Notes: a model not told the origin generated them from the sequence alone. Shown: positions 1-10,289, numbered from the stretch's first letter. The stretch is DNA of 64,000 nt from an uncultured Nitrospinota bacterium (GCA_963707985.1 CAVPRW010000007.1:96001-160000), one strand, 5' to 3'. Numbers and translations are program-made.

Positions 1-4
1 AAGC

Positions 5-574
5 ATGGCGGGGAAACTCGGGGAGTTCTCTGACGCCGTTGCCCTGGAGTTTCCAGTCATCGACAAGGAGATCCCACCGCTCGTTTTTATGGGGTCGCCG
101 GGCGATCCGGTCCACATCTTCCATTGGCGGGCGCAGTATCAACGCGATAAAGAGGAAGGCAAGCCGGACATGAAGCAGTTGTACCCCCACCTCAATATCG
201 ACACCTATCCGATGGAATACCCGGATTGGGGCAATCTCCAGATCGCCAGTGAGCAAGCGCGTGAAAGCTTCTCGCCCGGGAAAGCGGTCGGCAACCCCCA
301 ATCCTATGTGAAAACCGGGGTGGACGAGATTATCGCCGAAGGGTTCAGCACGAGTGCGGTGTTCGACGCGCACGATGCGGACGCCAAAGGCCTTTGGAAC
401 GATGGCGAGTGGGTTGTTGTCATGGCGCGGCCACTCAAGCGCGAAGGCGGATCAGCATTAATGGTGGGCAAAGATTCTTTCATCGGGTTTGCCGTCTGGC
501 AGGGTGGGGAAGGAGAAGTCGGCTCACGCAAATCCGTCACCATGATGTGGACTCCCCTGAAGGTGGTGCAGTAA
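5..574 (+). CDS. DMSO reductase family (type II) heme b / ethylbenzene dehydrogenase gamma-like subunit, C-terminal part (starts upstream of window)
   Basis: Motifs FSDAVALEFP..FMG..PVHIFHWRA, GLWNDGEWVVVMARPL and FAVWQGGEGEVGSRKS are typical of EB_dh/DOMON-like heme b subunits; followed by a TorD-like chaperone. Confidence 0.75.
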   Translation: MAGKLGEFSDAVALEFPVIDKEIPPLVFMGSPGDPVHIFHWRAQYQRDKEEGKPDMKQLYPHLNIDTYPMEYPDWGNLQIASEQARESFSPGKAVGNPQSYVKTGVDEIIAEGFSTSAVFDAHDADAKGLWNDGEWVVVMARPLKREGGSALMVGKDSFIGFAVWQGGEGEVGSRKSVTMMWTPLKVVQ

Positions 575-631
575 CGCCAGTAATGGCCAAGGACAGGCGC
601 CGCGCAGGAGACCAGTAAAGGACGATCCGAT

Positions 632-1402
632 ATGAACACTGCGAGTATCGCGACGACGAGCTCTGTACAAGCCGAACGACGACCAGCAGTCGCCTTTCTC
701 ATGGCCTCGCTGCTGACCAGCTACCCCGACGCGCAATTTACCCATTGTCTCAGCGCCGTGTTCGACGATATGCCGCTTGATCCATGCTGCGCCGTTGACG
801 ACCCTGGGAGGTGGCGACATATTCGCGAGCGCGTGGAAGTGGTGCTGGCTTCCGCAGTAGCCCTCGATACGCTGCGCTCTGAATATATTGAGATTTTTGA
901 TCGTGGACACAACTCCTTGTACGAGACGGAGTATGGGCGTGAGCATGCGCTGGTTAAAGGTAATGCACTGGCCGATATTGCCGGGTTCTACCGGGCCTTC
1001 GGCCTGGACTTCGGCCGTGACGAGGCGGTGCATGAAATGCTCGATCATGTGTCCGTCGAGCTGGAGTTCTATGCTCTCCTGCTCATGAAGCAGGAGGCGC
1101 TTGCCGCTGGCGCCGATGCAGAGGGACAGGCGATTGTGTTCGAGGCGCGGCAAAAGTTTCTCGACGCGCACCTGGGCCGTTTTGTTAGGGCCATCGCCAC
1201 ACGTCCCAGGGTGACGGCGAGCGCATTCTATGGACCTGTTTTGGCCTGGTGCCAACATTTGGTGGCGCAAGAATGTACATGGTTGGGCATCTCCCCGGTG
1301 TCCGTGGATTGGCTGAGTACATGCGACGAACAGGAGGAGATGAGTTGCGGAGGGAACTGCACTTTTCTCGAAGGCCATCGTGGTCCGGTCCCGGCGAGGT
1401 AA
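632..1402 (+). CDS. TorD/DmsD/NarJ-family molybdoenzyme maturation chaperone
   Basis: YETEY..LADIAGFYRAFGL..DHVSVELEF..FLDAHLGRF signature. Confidence 0.85.
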   Translation: MNTASIATTSSVQAERRPAVAFLMASLLTSYPDAQFTHCLSAVFDDMPLDPCCAVDDPGRWRHIRERVEVVLASAVALDTLRSEYIEIFDRGHNSLYETEYGREHALVKGNALADIAGFYRAFGLDFGRDEAVHEMLDHVSVELEFYALLLMKQEALAAGADAEGQAIVFEARQKFLDAHLGRFVRAIATRPRVTASAFYGPVLAWCQHLVAQECTWLGISPVSVDWLSTCDEQEEMSCGGNCTFLEGHRGPVPAR

Positions 1403-1628
1403 AGTCGGAAAACACGGTAAGCCTGGGTCGCTGTCATACGTTCAGGCCGACGGGACTCATGGGTACTGCATCCGTGGCCGCCGGGTGCCGTGCAGGAATC
1501 GATACCATTAAACTGGTGCAAGCTGACTCGGCGGTCGAGCTGAAGAGTCTGCTGCAAGGAGTCCGAGTAGATCTTCATGACGGTAGTTTACAGCTTTGTC
1601 CTGGGTACACAATAGGGGGTACTTCATC

Positions 1629-2711
1629 ATGCATCTTGGGTTGGTCATGGAATGCGATTATCGTGAGGGTGCGACGCAGGAAGAGGCATTTGATGAGGTC
1701 TCCACTCTCATGGACATGGCGGAGACCTTGGGGCTGGATGGCATCTGGTTGGCGGAGAGGCACTTCGCTGCCCGTGGTGGGCCGCTTGACGCCTTTGGCG
1801 CCGGCATCCCATCGGTTGCCTCCGCGCCCCTCATTATGGCCACGGCCATTGCCGCCCGCACACAACGATTGCGAGTGGGCATTGCCGTGACCGTCCTGCC
1901 TCTCTACCATCCCATCCGCCTCGCCGAAGAAGCCGCCACCGTCGATCAAATCAGCCGGGGTCGTCTAGATTTCGGGGTCGGTCGAAGTGGCTTCCCCAGA
2001 GCCTACGCAGGTTATTCCATCCCCTATGGGGAAAGCCGTGAGCGCTTTCGGGAAGCGCTCGAGATCATCTTGAAAGCCTGGACTGAAGAGCGTTTCTCCT
2101 ACGCGGGGAAACACTACACGGTCAACGATGTGTGTGTGCTGCCGAAGCCCTATCAGAAACCGCACCCTCCGATCCGTGTCGCTGCGACCACACGGGACAC
2201 CTTCCCCCGAGTTGGCCGTATGGGTTATCCGATCTTCGTCGGCCTACGTGGGTTCGACGTTCCCGAGGTCGCCTATCAACTCGGGGTGTATCGCAAGGAA
2301 TGGCAGGAGGCAGGCCACGCGGGTCAGGGTGACGTCTACATGCGGATCCCCGTGTACGTCGCTGAGACGGCGGCCCAGGCACGCTTAGATCCCGAGGTCA
2401 GCACTATGCGTTCCTACCAGCGCCTGGCTCAAACGTTCGCCGGCTCAGCACAGGCTGCTGGAACGACCGGCTCCGAAGAGCGGTCTGAGAGGGCCCAACG
2501 TCTGGCCAAGGTCAGTTATGATGCACTGCTGCGCGACCGACTGGCCTATGGGACCCCAGAAATGGTGGTGGAGCGACTTACCCAGTTGCGCGAGGAGTTG
2601 GGGCTTTCCGGCGTCATCATCGAACCCAATGTCGGAGGCTACATCCCTCAGGAACTGGTCTTTAAGTCGGTACGCCTCTTCGCCCAGGAAGTTGTCCCCA
2701 GGTTGCGGTGA
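1629..2711 (+). CDS. LLM class flavin-dependent oxidoreductase (luciferase-like)
   Basis: WLAERHF, RLAEEAATVDQISRGRLDFGVGR, PKPYQKPHPPI; start chosen after RBS-like GGGGG. Confidence 0.9.
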   Translation: MHLGLVMECDYREGATQEEAFDEVSTLMDMAETLGLDGIWLAERHFAARGGPLDAFGAGIPSVASAPLIMATAIAARTQRLRVGIAVTVLPLYHPIRLAEEAATVDQISRGRLDFGVGRSGFPRAYAGYSIPYGESRERFREALEIILKAWTEERFSYAGKHYTVNDVCVLPKPYQKPHPPIRVAATTRDTFPRVGRMGYPIFVGLRGFDVPEVAYQLGVYRKEWQEAGHAGQGDVYMRIPVYVAETAAQARLDPEVSTMRSYQRLAQTFAGSAQAAGTTGSEERSERAQRLAKVSYDALLRDRLAYGTPEMVVERLTQLREELGLSGVIIEPNVGGYIPQELVFKSVRLFAQEVVPRLR

Positions 2712-2816
2712 GATGGCACCAACGGTGAGCATGGGGCCTCGTATCCCTCTCAAGAGAGGGCCTTTCCAACTGCTCACGCACTGTCGCATAGTCAGGTCGC
2801 AGGAGGAGGGAATACG

Positions 2817-3245
2817 GTGCTTGTGCGCGATAAAATGACCCGAGACGTGATTACCATCACCCCGGATCAGAGCCTGCGTATGGCCAGGGAACGCATGCGC
2901 AAGCATAGCGTTCGCCGGCTGCCGGTCGTGCGGGACGGGCAGTTAGTAGGCATCGTAACGGATCGCGATGTGCGTCAGGCGTGGGCGTCACCCGCCACTT
3001 GCCTGTCGACCCACGAGCTACTCTATCTGCTCGATCGCGTCACGGTGGAAGAGGTGATGAGGCCGCAGCCGCTCTCGGTGACGCCAGAGGCATCCCTCGT
3101 GGAAGCCGCTCGCCTGCTACATGACCGCAAAATCGGTGGGCTTCCCGTCGTCGAAGGGGGGACAGTCGTCGGCATTATCACTGAAACGGACCTTCTAGGG
3201 GCCTTCATCGAAATGTTCGAATCCGACCGTCCTGGTCATCAGTAG
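2817..3245 (+). CDS. CBS domain-containing protein (AcuB-like)
   Basis: Two CBS repeats (LPVVRDGQLVGIVTDRD; LPVVEGGTVVGIITETD); RBS GGAGG. Confidence 0.9.
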   Translation: MLVRDKMTRDVITITPDQSLRMARERMRKHSVRRLPVVRDGQLVGIVTDRDVRQAWASPATCLSTHELLYLLDRVTVEEVMRPQPLSVTPEASLVEAARLLHDRKIGGLPVVEGGTVVGIITETDLLGAFIEMFESDRPGHQ

Positions 3246-3333
3246 CGTACACCGTTGACTCACAGGCCGCCGCCCCATCCCAGAGGGGGCTCTCAGCTGG
3301 TAGGTGCTCACAGGTGTAGACCACAGCAATGGC

Positions 3334-3363
3334 TTGACATGAGGGAAGGGAGAGGGATATAGT
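3334..3363 (+). promoter_or_regulatory. sigma-70 promoter upstream of aprBA
   Basis: TTGACA-N18-TATAGT; a 9-bp-stem hairpin (3444-3470) lies in the leader. Confidence 0.6.
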
Positions 3364-3501
3364 CGTCCCGTATGCTAGGAGAGAGTTTTGTATTGTGAAA
3401 CATATGATGTGCGATGTACGTGACGAGCACCCGCCGAATGCGTGAGCCGACGCTGAACAAACGTCGGCTCGCTTCCCCAGCCACCAATGCAGGAGGAATG
3501 T

Positions 3502-3951
3502 ATGCCAACGTATGTTGACCCGAATGCCTGTAACGCCTGCACTGGAGTGCACCAGGGGCCATTGTGCGTCTACATCTGCCCCAACGATTTGATGGTCCTG
3601 GACCCTGGCTCCAACAAGGGCTTTAACCAGGAGGCGGAGATGTGCTCCGAGTGCTACGCTTGCGTCAAGCTCTGCCCCCAGAACGCGATTCATGTGCGAG
3701 GCTATGCCGACTTCGTGCCCCTGGGCGGGGAAGTGCAGCCCAGCTACGTAGACGGCGAGATTCAGTGGGACGTGACTTTCCGAGACGGGCGAAAGAAACA
3801 GTTCCGGTTTCCGGTGCGCACCACCCCGGTGGGATCAGCCAATGCCCACGAAGGTCTGTCGGAGCCCGATATGAGCCTGCTGCGCACCCCAATCCTGTTC
3901 GGCGAGCCGGGGAATCTGGAAGTCAGTAACGTGCCCACACCGAATCTATAG
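3502..3951 (+). CDS. aprB: adenylylsulfate reductase beta subunit (2x[4Fe-4S])
   Basis: MPTYVDP..C..C...CVYICPNDLM..NQE..C.ECYACVKLCPQNAI.VRGYADFVPLGG..FRFPVRTTP; RBS AGGAGG. Confidence 0.92.
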   Translation: MPTYVDPNACNACTGVHQGPLCVYICPNDLMVLDPGSNKGFNQEAEMCSECYACVKLCPQNAIHVRGYADFVPLGGEVQPSYVDGEIQWDVTFRDGRKKQFRFPVRTTPVGSANAHEGLSEPDMSLLRTPILFGEPGNLEVSNVPTPNL

Positions 3952-3968
3952 CGCGCGGAGAAGAGCAC

Positions 3969-5828
3969 ATGGCCGAGGTAGTTACTGAAGTGATTGAGTG
4001 CGACGTTCTGGTCGTCGGTGGAGGGATGTCCGGCTGTGGGGCCGCTGTGGAGGCCAAGTACTGGGGCAAAGACCTCAGAGTGATCATGGTGGACAAGGCG
4101 GCCACCGACCGCAGTGGCGCGACAGGTGAGGGCCTTTCCGCCATCAACTGCTATATGGGGATGAAATGGGGCTGGAATCGGCCAGAAGACTATGTTGAGT
4201 ACGTCCGCAACGACATGATGGGCATCACCCGGGAGGACCTGACCTATGACGTGGCCCGGCACGTGGACGGCACGGTCCACCTCTTTGAAAAGTGGGGTCT
4301 ACCCATCTGGAAGGATGAAGAGGGAAAGCCAGTCAGAGAAGGGCGCTGGCAGATCATGATCCACGGCGAAGCCATCAAGCCCATCATCGCCGAAGCCACC
4401 AGGAATGCCCTGGGGGCCGAGAACATGTACCAGAGGGTGTTTATCAGCCACCTGCTCACCGATGCCAATGATCCTAACCGCGTGGCCGGCGCCATGGGAT
4501 TCGGTGTCAGGGACAACAAAATCTACATCTTCAAGGCCAAGGCGGTCATCAGCGCGGCCGGGGGGACTACCGCCCTCTTTCGACCGCGCAACGTCGGCGA
4601 AGGCCTGGGTCGCACCTGGTACTCCATCTTCGATACCGGCTCGGTGTACGGCATTATCATCCCCATCGGGGCAGAAATGACTCAGATGGAGCACCGCTTC
4701 GTCCCCAGCCGCTTCAAAGACAGCTATGGACCAGTGGGCGCCTGGTCTCAACTATTCCGAGCTGACCTGACCAACGCCGCAGGAGAAAACTACTTCGTAA
4801 ATCGGCTGGCGGAGTTGAAGAAGTACGACCCCTACGGCTCTGCCTTTCCCACACCGACACCCCTGAGAAATCATCTGCTGTGGACGGAAATTTTGGCTGG
4901 GCGTGGCCCCATTTATTTAAGGACTCCAGAAGCGATAGAAAAACTGGCTGCTGGCGATCCCCAGAAGCGCCAACGGGTCATTGAGGAAGCCTGGGAAGAC
5001 TTTCTGGATATGACCATCTCCCAGGCGGTCCTGTGGGCAGCCCAGAACATCGCCCCCGAAGAAAAACCCTCCGAAGTGGTCCTGGCCGAGCCCTACATCA
5101 TGGGCTCCCATGCGGGCGAGGCTGGAGCCTGGGTGAGTGGCCCCCAGGACGTGGCTCCGCCAGAATATCAGTGGGGCTATAGCAAGATGACAACGGTCAC
5201 GGGGCTGTTTGCCGCGGGGGATGGGGTTGGGGCGTCCCCACACAAGTTCTCCTCCGGCTCCTTCACCGAGGGACGCCTGGCTGGCAAGGCGGCAGTCATT
5301 TTTGCCCTGGATCACTCCACTGGCGCCACCCTGGATCAGTCCAGAGTGGAGGCGCTGAAACGGGAAATCTGGCAGCCTTTTGATACCTTTGAGCAATACA
5401 AGGGGGCTTCCTCCAATCCAGACGTGAACCCCTATTTCATTGCCCCCCGACAAGGGTTGTTTCGCCTCCAGAAGCTCATGGACGAGTACGCCGCCGGTGT
5501 GTCGACCGGGTTCACCACCAATGAGGCCACCCTGCTGCGGGGGCTGGAGCTCATGGGGATGCTCAAAGAGGACTTAAGCCGGATGGCGGCTCGAGACCAG
5601 CATGAGCTGCTGCGCTGCTGGGAGTTGGTGCACCGGGCCTGGGTGGGCGAGGCCCACATGCGCCATCTGCTGCACCGCCAGGAGACCCGCTGGCCCGGTT
5701 ATTATTACCGGACTGATTATCCGGATATGGACGAAGCCAACTGGCGGGTCTTCGTCAATTCTCGATATGACCCCCAGACCGGCGCATGGAGCGTGTTTAC
5801 CAAGCCGTACATCCAAATATTCAAGTAA
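3969..5828 (+). CDS. aprA: adenylylsulfate reductase alpha subunit (FAD)
   Basis: GLSAIN, RHVDGTVHLFEKWGLPIW, WQIMIHGE, RFKD.YGPVGAW, HKFSSGSFTEGR, ETRWPGYYYR. Confidence 0.93.
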   Translation: MAEVVTEVIECDVLVVGGGMSGCGAAVEAKYWGKDLRVIMVDKAATDRSGATGEGLSAINCYMGMKWGWNRPEDYVEYVRNDMMGITREDLTYDVARHVDGTVHLFEKWGLPIWKDEEGKPVREGRWQIMIHGEAIKPIIAEATRNALGAENMYQRVFISHLLTDANDPNRVAGAMGFGVRDNKIYIFKAKAVISAAGGTTALFRPRNVGEGLGRTWYSIFDTGSVYGIIIPIGAEMTQMEHRFVPSRFKDSYGPVGAWSQLFRADLTNAAGENYFVNRLAELKKYDPYGSAFPTPTPLRNHLLWTEILAGRGPIYLRTPEAIEKLAAGDPQKRQRVIEEAWEDFLDMTISQAVLWAAQNIAPEEKPSEVVLAEPYIMGSHAGEAGAWVSGPQDVAPPEYQWGYSKMTTVTGLFAAGDGVGASPHKFSSGSFTEGRLAGKAAVIFALDHSTGATLDQSRVEALKREIWQPFDTFEQYKGASSNPDVNPYFIAPRQGLFRLQKLMDEYAAGVSTGFTTNEATLLRGLELMGMLKEDLSRMAARDQHELLRCWELVHRAWVGEAHMRHLLHRQETRWPGYYYRTDYPDMDEANWRVFVNSRYDPQTGAWSVFTKPYIQIFK

Positions 5829-5935
5829 TCCTGGATGAAGACGCCTCAGGTTCAGTCCACGGGCGGATGGTACAGGCCACCCGCCCTGTGGAGGACTCGC
5901 TTGGGGGCAGGCATGGCGAGGGTGTGCAGGTTTTT

Positions 5936-7165
5936 CTAGTCACCCACAGCAGCGCTGGTGAGTTTGCCCCTTTTGGCTGCGGCGGCGTCGGCTTCCTGGA
6001 AGTCGACATCGGTGAAGCCGTAGAGATGCGCACCACCCATGAAAATCTGCGCCGCCATGTCGCGCGGGACGGTTTTGAGCAGGTTATTCGAGACGTTCGG
6101 GAAGTTGGAGTCGAAGTGCGGGTAGTCCGTCGAGATACACATCCGATCGGCGCCAATGAGCCCGGCCGTCGCCTCAATCTCCGGTTCGCTCCCTTCCACC
6201 GCTGCCCAGCAGTTGTGCCGAAAGTATTCCTTTGGGGTCAGGGAGAGGTAGGGTGCGTGCGAGTCACGGTACTGGGGGTAGTCCCACTCAATGCGCGACA
6301 ACAGCCCGGGCACCCATGAGTTTTGGGCTTCCAGGAAGCCGACCCGAAGCTTGGGATGGAACTCAAACACGCCCCCGATGAGCATGGCGATTAGGGCCTG
6401 CTGCATCTCGATCCAGTGGCTGGCCACGTGCCGATAGAAGCGGTTTTCGCCGTACAAGACATTCATCTGGGAATACCAGGCACCGGTGCCCTCGTGGAAC
6501 CCCCAGGTCACATCGAGCTCTTCATGCAGGCTGTAGAGTGGGTCCCAGTAATTCGAGTGCCAATAGTGGCCATTCACGAGATTGGGGCGGAGAAAGGATC
6601 CCACAGCCCCGAGCTCGTTGACGCAACGCAGCAATTCCTGGCAGGCCAGATTCACGTCGTGCAGGGGCAGCATGGCCGCGAATTTCAACTGGTTGGGGCT
6701 ATACTGGCAAAACTCATGGATCCAGTTGTTGTAGGCCTGGCAAAGAGCCAGGGAGAGGTGTGGGTCCATATGGTCGCGGGCGATCAGGCTGAGGCCGACG
6801 GTGGGGAAAAGGACGGCGATATCCACGCCCTCTATCTCCATGCCCATCACCTGTGCTTCGGCATTGTAGTTGCGCTCAATGGCAAAGTCCAGCCGGCCCG
6901 CTTCGGCGATCCTGGACCCCGAGAGGGGCTGCGTGCTATCGCTGCGTTGAGCGCTGGAACGACTCCGCTTGCGGTACTGTTGCAGCTCGCTGTCCATCGA
7001 TGTAGGTAGGCCGTCAATGACCAGCATGCCGCGACGTGGGCGCCCGTCTGCGCCGGTCGGCAGGATCACGCGATCCTTAAATTTTGGGTCCAGATATTTC
7101 TCAAAGAGGTCCGGTGGTTCCATGATATGCATGTCGCAGTCAACAAATCTCAGTCCATCTTTCAT
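5936..7165 (-). CDS. amidohydrolase family protein (Amidohydro_2)
   Basis: DCDMHIMEP, AYNNW, GGVFEFHPKLRVGFLE, STDYPHFD. Confidence 0.9.
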   Translation of the reverse strand: MKDGLRFVDCDMHIMEPPDLFEKYLDPKFKDRVILPTGADGRPRRGMLVIDGLPTSMDSELQQYRKRSRSSAQRSDSTQPLSGSRIAEAGRLDFAIERNYNAEAQVMGMEIEGVDIAVLFPTVGLSLIARDHMDPHLSLALCQAYNNWIHEFCQYSPNQLKFAAMLPLHDVNLACQELLRCVNELGAVGSFLRPNLVNGHYWHSNYWDPLYSLHEELDVTWGFHEGTGAWYSQMNVLYGENRFYRHVASHWIEMQQALIAMLIGGVFEFHPKLRVGFLEAQNSWVPGLLSRIEWDYPQYRDSHAPYLSLTPKEYFRHNCWAAVEGSEPEIEATAGLIGADRMCISTDYPHFDSNFPNVSNNLLKTVPRDMAAQIFMGGAHLYGFTDVDFQEADAAAAKRGKLTSAAVGD

Positions 7166-7282
7166 GATACCCTCCGATCACGGATGACACGGCCCGAAGC
7201 TTCTGAAAGAAGTGCAGGAAGGCCACATGTACACCGAGAATAACAAGCGGTTTGGAATCTCCCACTCTCCCTGATAAACGGC

Positions 7283-7312
7283 TTGACAGCGAAAATTCGA
7301 CGGGGATATAGT
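7283..7312 (+). promoter_or_regulatory. sigma-70 promoter
   Basis: TTGACA-N18-TATAGT upstream of the cupin gene. Confidence 0.55.
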
Positions 7313-7419
7313 GGTCTCGCATTGTAGAATAACATTTCAATATACGCAACCAACATCGGTCGCGTCTCGAACATCGGCCTGTGCTCAGCGGAGAAGGCCA
7401 TCGAGGCAGGAGGAACCTG

Positions 7420-8004
7420 ATGATGAGCAGAGGCTACACCTTGGACGAATTTATCCACGACATGAATGCACTGGTGGACAGTGGGGTCGATCAAGCGACG
7501 ATCTTTGACCGAGGAGCCTCTTGGCTGGAGCGACTCATCCGCGACCCCGAGTGCATTCCCCCGGAGTATCGGGTACCTTACGGCACAGGGCCACGCCCGA
7601 ATCATGGGTCGTACTTGCTGCACCGCTCCCCGAACGGCATGCTGATCACCGCCGTTGTCTGGGGGCCGGGAGACCATACGGGCCCCCACGACCACCACAC
7701 TTGGGGGATGATCGGGGTGATGAACAATACCCTACAGGAGACCCGCTTCCGCCGGCTGGACGAGGCGTCGCAGCCGGACTATGCTCGGCTGGAGAAGGAC
7801 CGTGTCAGCGTCTTCAAACCCGGGGAGATCTCGCTGCTCATTCCTGGGGTCGATGAAATCCATCAGATGGACAATCCCGGTGACCGCCCCACGGTGGAGA
7901 TCCACGTCTACGGCCAGGACCTGGCGGGACTGCAGCGATGCCGCTTCGACCTTGCCACAGGCCAAGTGCGCTCGTTTATGACGGAGAAGTACGATAACGA
8001 ATAG
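7420..8004 (+). CDS. cysteine dioxygenase-like cupin (thiol dioxygenase family)
   Basis: WGPGDHTGPHDHHTWG, EIHQMDN, EIHVYG. Confidence 0.8.
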   Translation: MMSRGYTLDEFIHDMNALVDSGVDQATIFDRGASWLERLIRDPECIPPEYRVPYGTGPRPNHGSYLLHRSPNGMLITAVVWGPGDHTGPHDHHTWGMIGVMNNTLQETRFRRLDEASQPDYARLEKDRVSVFKPGEISLLIPGVDEIHQMDNPGDRPTVEIHVYGQDLAGLQRCRFDLATGQVRSFMTEKYDNE

Positions 8005-8059
8005 CTGCCTGCCGGCGCCGTGGCTGATGCCTCGGAGCCTGCTACACATGGGTTGCATA

Positions 8060-8195
8060 GGCGGTGACCTCCTGCAGCCTTTTCGAATACTGTCCTTCCC
8101 ATGCCCGTTGGTATCCGCTGGGTCGTGGAGGATCTCCTGGCAGGATGCCTGCCAGGTATTCATCCCTGTCTGCCAGTGCCGGAAAGGGTGTCACT
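8060..8195 (-). pseudogene. chimeric relic: N-terminal piece of LigB-like gene joined to 3' end of VOC gene
   Basis: 8060-8122 aligns with 15950-16012 and 8123-8195 aligns with about 17783-17858. Confidence 0.75.
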
Positions 8196-8494
8196 CTTAT
8201 CGGCGCTGTGTGAAGGGATTGGGGGGAGGTTCGCGAGCCCAGCCGAGAAACCGAACGACAATCTGCGCCCGCGGCGGCTCGGGCAGGCAGCGGTGTAGTC
8301 CCAGTACCCAGCGGCAGCCTGCTACAGCGGCATGGCTCAAGGTGGAGCACGGCCCAGTACGGCTTGGACATGCCGCTCAGGATAGGTTACGGTAGAGAGT
8401 CTCATCCAAAGGTCGTGCGATCCCGGAGGCATTGTGGAGATAGTTCCCGACTGTATGGTCAGCGTTCACTGATGCCGGCCGCGCTCACGCAACA

Positions 8495-8695
8495 ACGTAG
8501 CGGCACGCGGATGCGTGGCAGGCGCTGCCGCAGTGTCATGGCCCAGACCTCATAACGTCCGTGCTGGCCGCCGCGATGCAGGCAGACCAGATAGTCCCAG
8601 ACACCTCTTGTGATCAGATTTTCTCGCGGTGCGGCAACGGTGTGGTCGCCGTAGCATAGGCGGTCGATCTCGATGAGGTGCGTCGGGCTTTGACT
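8495..8695 (-). pseudogene. DUF4058-family fragment
   Basis: Translates SPTHLIEIDRLCYGDH..WDYLVCLHRGGQHGRYEVWAMTLRQRLPRIRVPL; no start codon. Confidence 0.6.
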
Positions 8696-9139
8696 GTTAT
8701 ATCAACGGCGACGTTGTCGCGTTAGCGCGTGCAATACCCGCACATGCTACACGTCCCGTGCACAAGGCGCACGCGGTATGCACTGATGTCCGGGAGGCCG
8801 TACGAGATGCCTGCACTGTGGGTATGCTATTCAGGCGGGGATGAAATTCTACCCTCGCTGGCGTCTATGCCGCCCTACCTGGCCGACAAGAAGATTCTAA
8901 CGTCTTACCAAGCCTACACCCTTCCATCGAGCAGGTGTTAGGAGAAGCGCAGGCGTTTCGAAAGCAGGTAAAAGGACAGGGCTGAGACGTATCCCATGCC
9001 CGATAAGTCTGCCATTGTTGAGTCAAGATTGCTCTAAGAAGAGGGACTCAGATCGTACACCTGCTGGAACAGCGGCGAATGGTACAGGCCAATGCGTAAC
9101 TCTGTGTGCAGCAGGCTTGCCTTGACCCGATCGATGACC

Positions 9140-9715
9140 GCACGGGTAATACGATACGCTTGTCGGGCCTGCTTGTGCCGTTTGGCTGCGGCATGGAGTT
9201 GTCTCATGGCGAGATGGGTCTTCCAGAACTGTGTCGGGTTACCGATCGCCTGCGCCAGCGGCAGGGCCTGACGCAGCCAGCGCTCCGCTTCGTCCCACCG
9301 TCGGCGAGCGAGAGCGACCTCGCCCCGCAGCCGCCAGCCTTTGACGAGATCCTTCCGTGAGGTGGTATGCGTGGCGATGTCCAGGCTCTGGTGGTACGAG
9401 CTTGTTCATAGTCCCCCTGACCGACCAGAACGATACCACCAACAAAAAGACTGCGCAGGAGCTCTATCAGCAGGTTGTGCTCGCGAGCGATCTGCTGGCC
9501 ACCGGGTTCGAGGCGCATGACCTCACCAAACTCCCCCTGCCAATTCTTCAGAAATCCGGCAAAGACAAGCGATGTAGCCTGGCGGGCAGCGTCACCCACC
9601 ATACGGCTAATGGTAAAGGTGCGTTTGAGATCTTCCTCCGCCTGATCGAGCTGACCGATGATCGCATGGACGGTGCCGATGGTGCGTTCCACAACGTCCG
9701 CGACTCTGGGCGGTG
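9140..9715 (-). pseudogene. fragments of a TPR region of an adenylate/guanylate cyclase-like ATPase
   Basis: Helical TPR-like translation broken across frames; a zinc-ribbon/PPYLADKKILTS remnant of the same family lies at about 8800-8915 (+). Confidence 0.45.
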
Positions 9716-10213
9716 GAGTCCTGTCCATCGGCCCCTCCTGCACCAGCTCCAGCGCTGCCTGGCGGGGTACGCAGCCGACCCCCCGCCTCCCTCTCCCGAA
9801 CCAACGCCGCATGCGACCGATGCCTGCTGCCCACCCTGCCGCGCGGGTCACCTGTGTCCATCCTGCGGTCAGGGCCTCCTCGTCGTGATCCGCCTGCTCC
9901 CGCGGTACCAGCGGAGGCTACCATGAGCCCTAGAGCCACCATGTGGCCTCCCCATGCCGGCATCAGCGGAGTCGCCGGCTCCCAGAACCGTGGCCTCCTC
10001 CCACCCGTGTGCCCTCCTCCCGGCAACCATGGCCGCGAGCCCAGTTCTCCCTCACCCTGCTGCGCTCGGATCCCATCCGGCGTCCAGGTCCTTACCCCTC
10101 TGCCCACCTCAGTGGATCACCGCTCCCCCCCGCAGCATCTCACGAATGTGCTTCCCAATGGGCGCAGGCTGTCTTAAAATTCCATACGGGCTGGAGCTGC
10201 GGTTCCGTTCAAC
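9715..10213 (+). mobile_element. IS91-family element 3' remnant
   Basis: C-terminal CPSCGQGLLVVIRLLP..RLP motif, then a non-coding tail ending TTAAAATTCCATA..GGTTCCGTTCAAC. Confidence 0.55.
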
Positions 10214-10261
10214 AGCGTTTTTGTGTCGGCTCCGCGCCACAAAAACGCTCATTCGTTCGGC
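10207..10261 (+). repeat. attC-like hairpin / IS91 terminal structure
   Basis: GTTCAAC, then perfect 12-bp IR (AGCGTTTTTGTG/CACAAAAACGCT), then GTTCGGC. Confidence 0.5.
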
Positions 10262-10289
10262 AATTATTCTCAGATAAGGAGGACATCAT

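Noticed and set aside
3393..3410. Rex operator upstream of aprB (TTGTGAA..)
   Set aside because: Only one half-site matches
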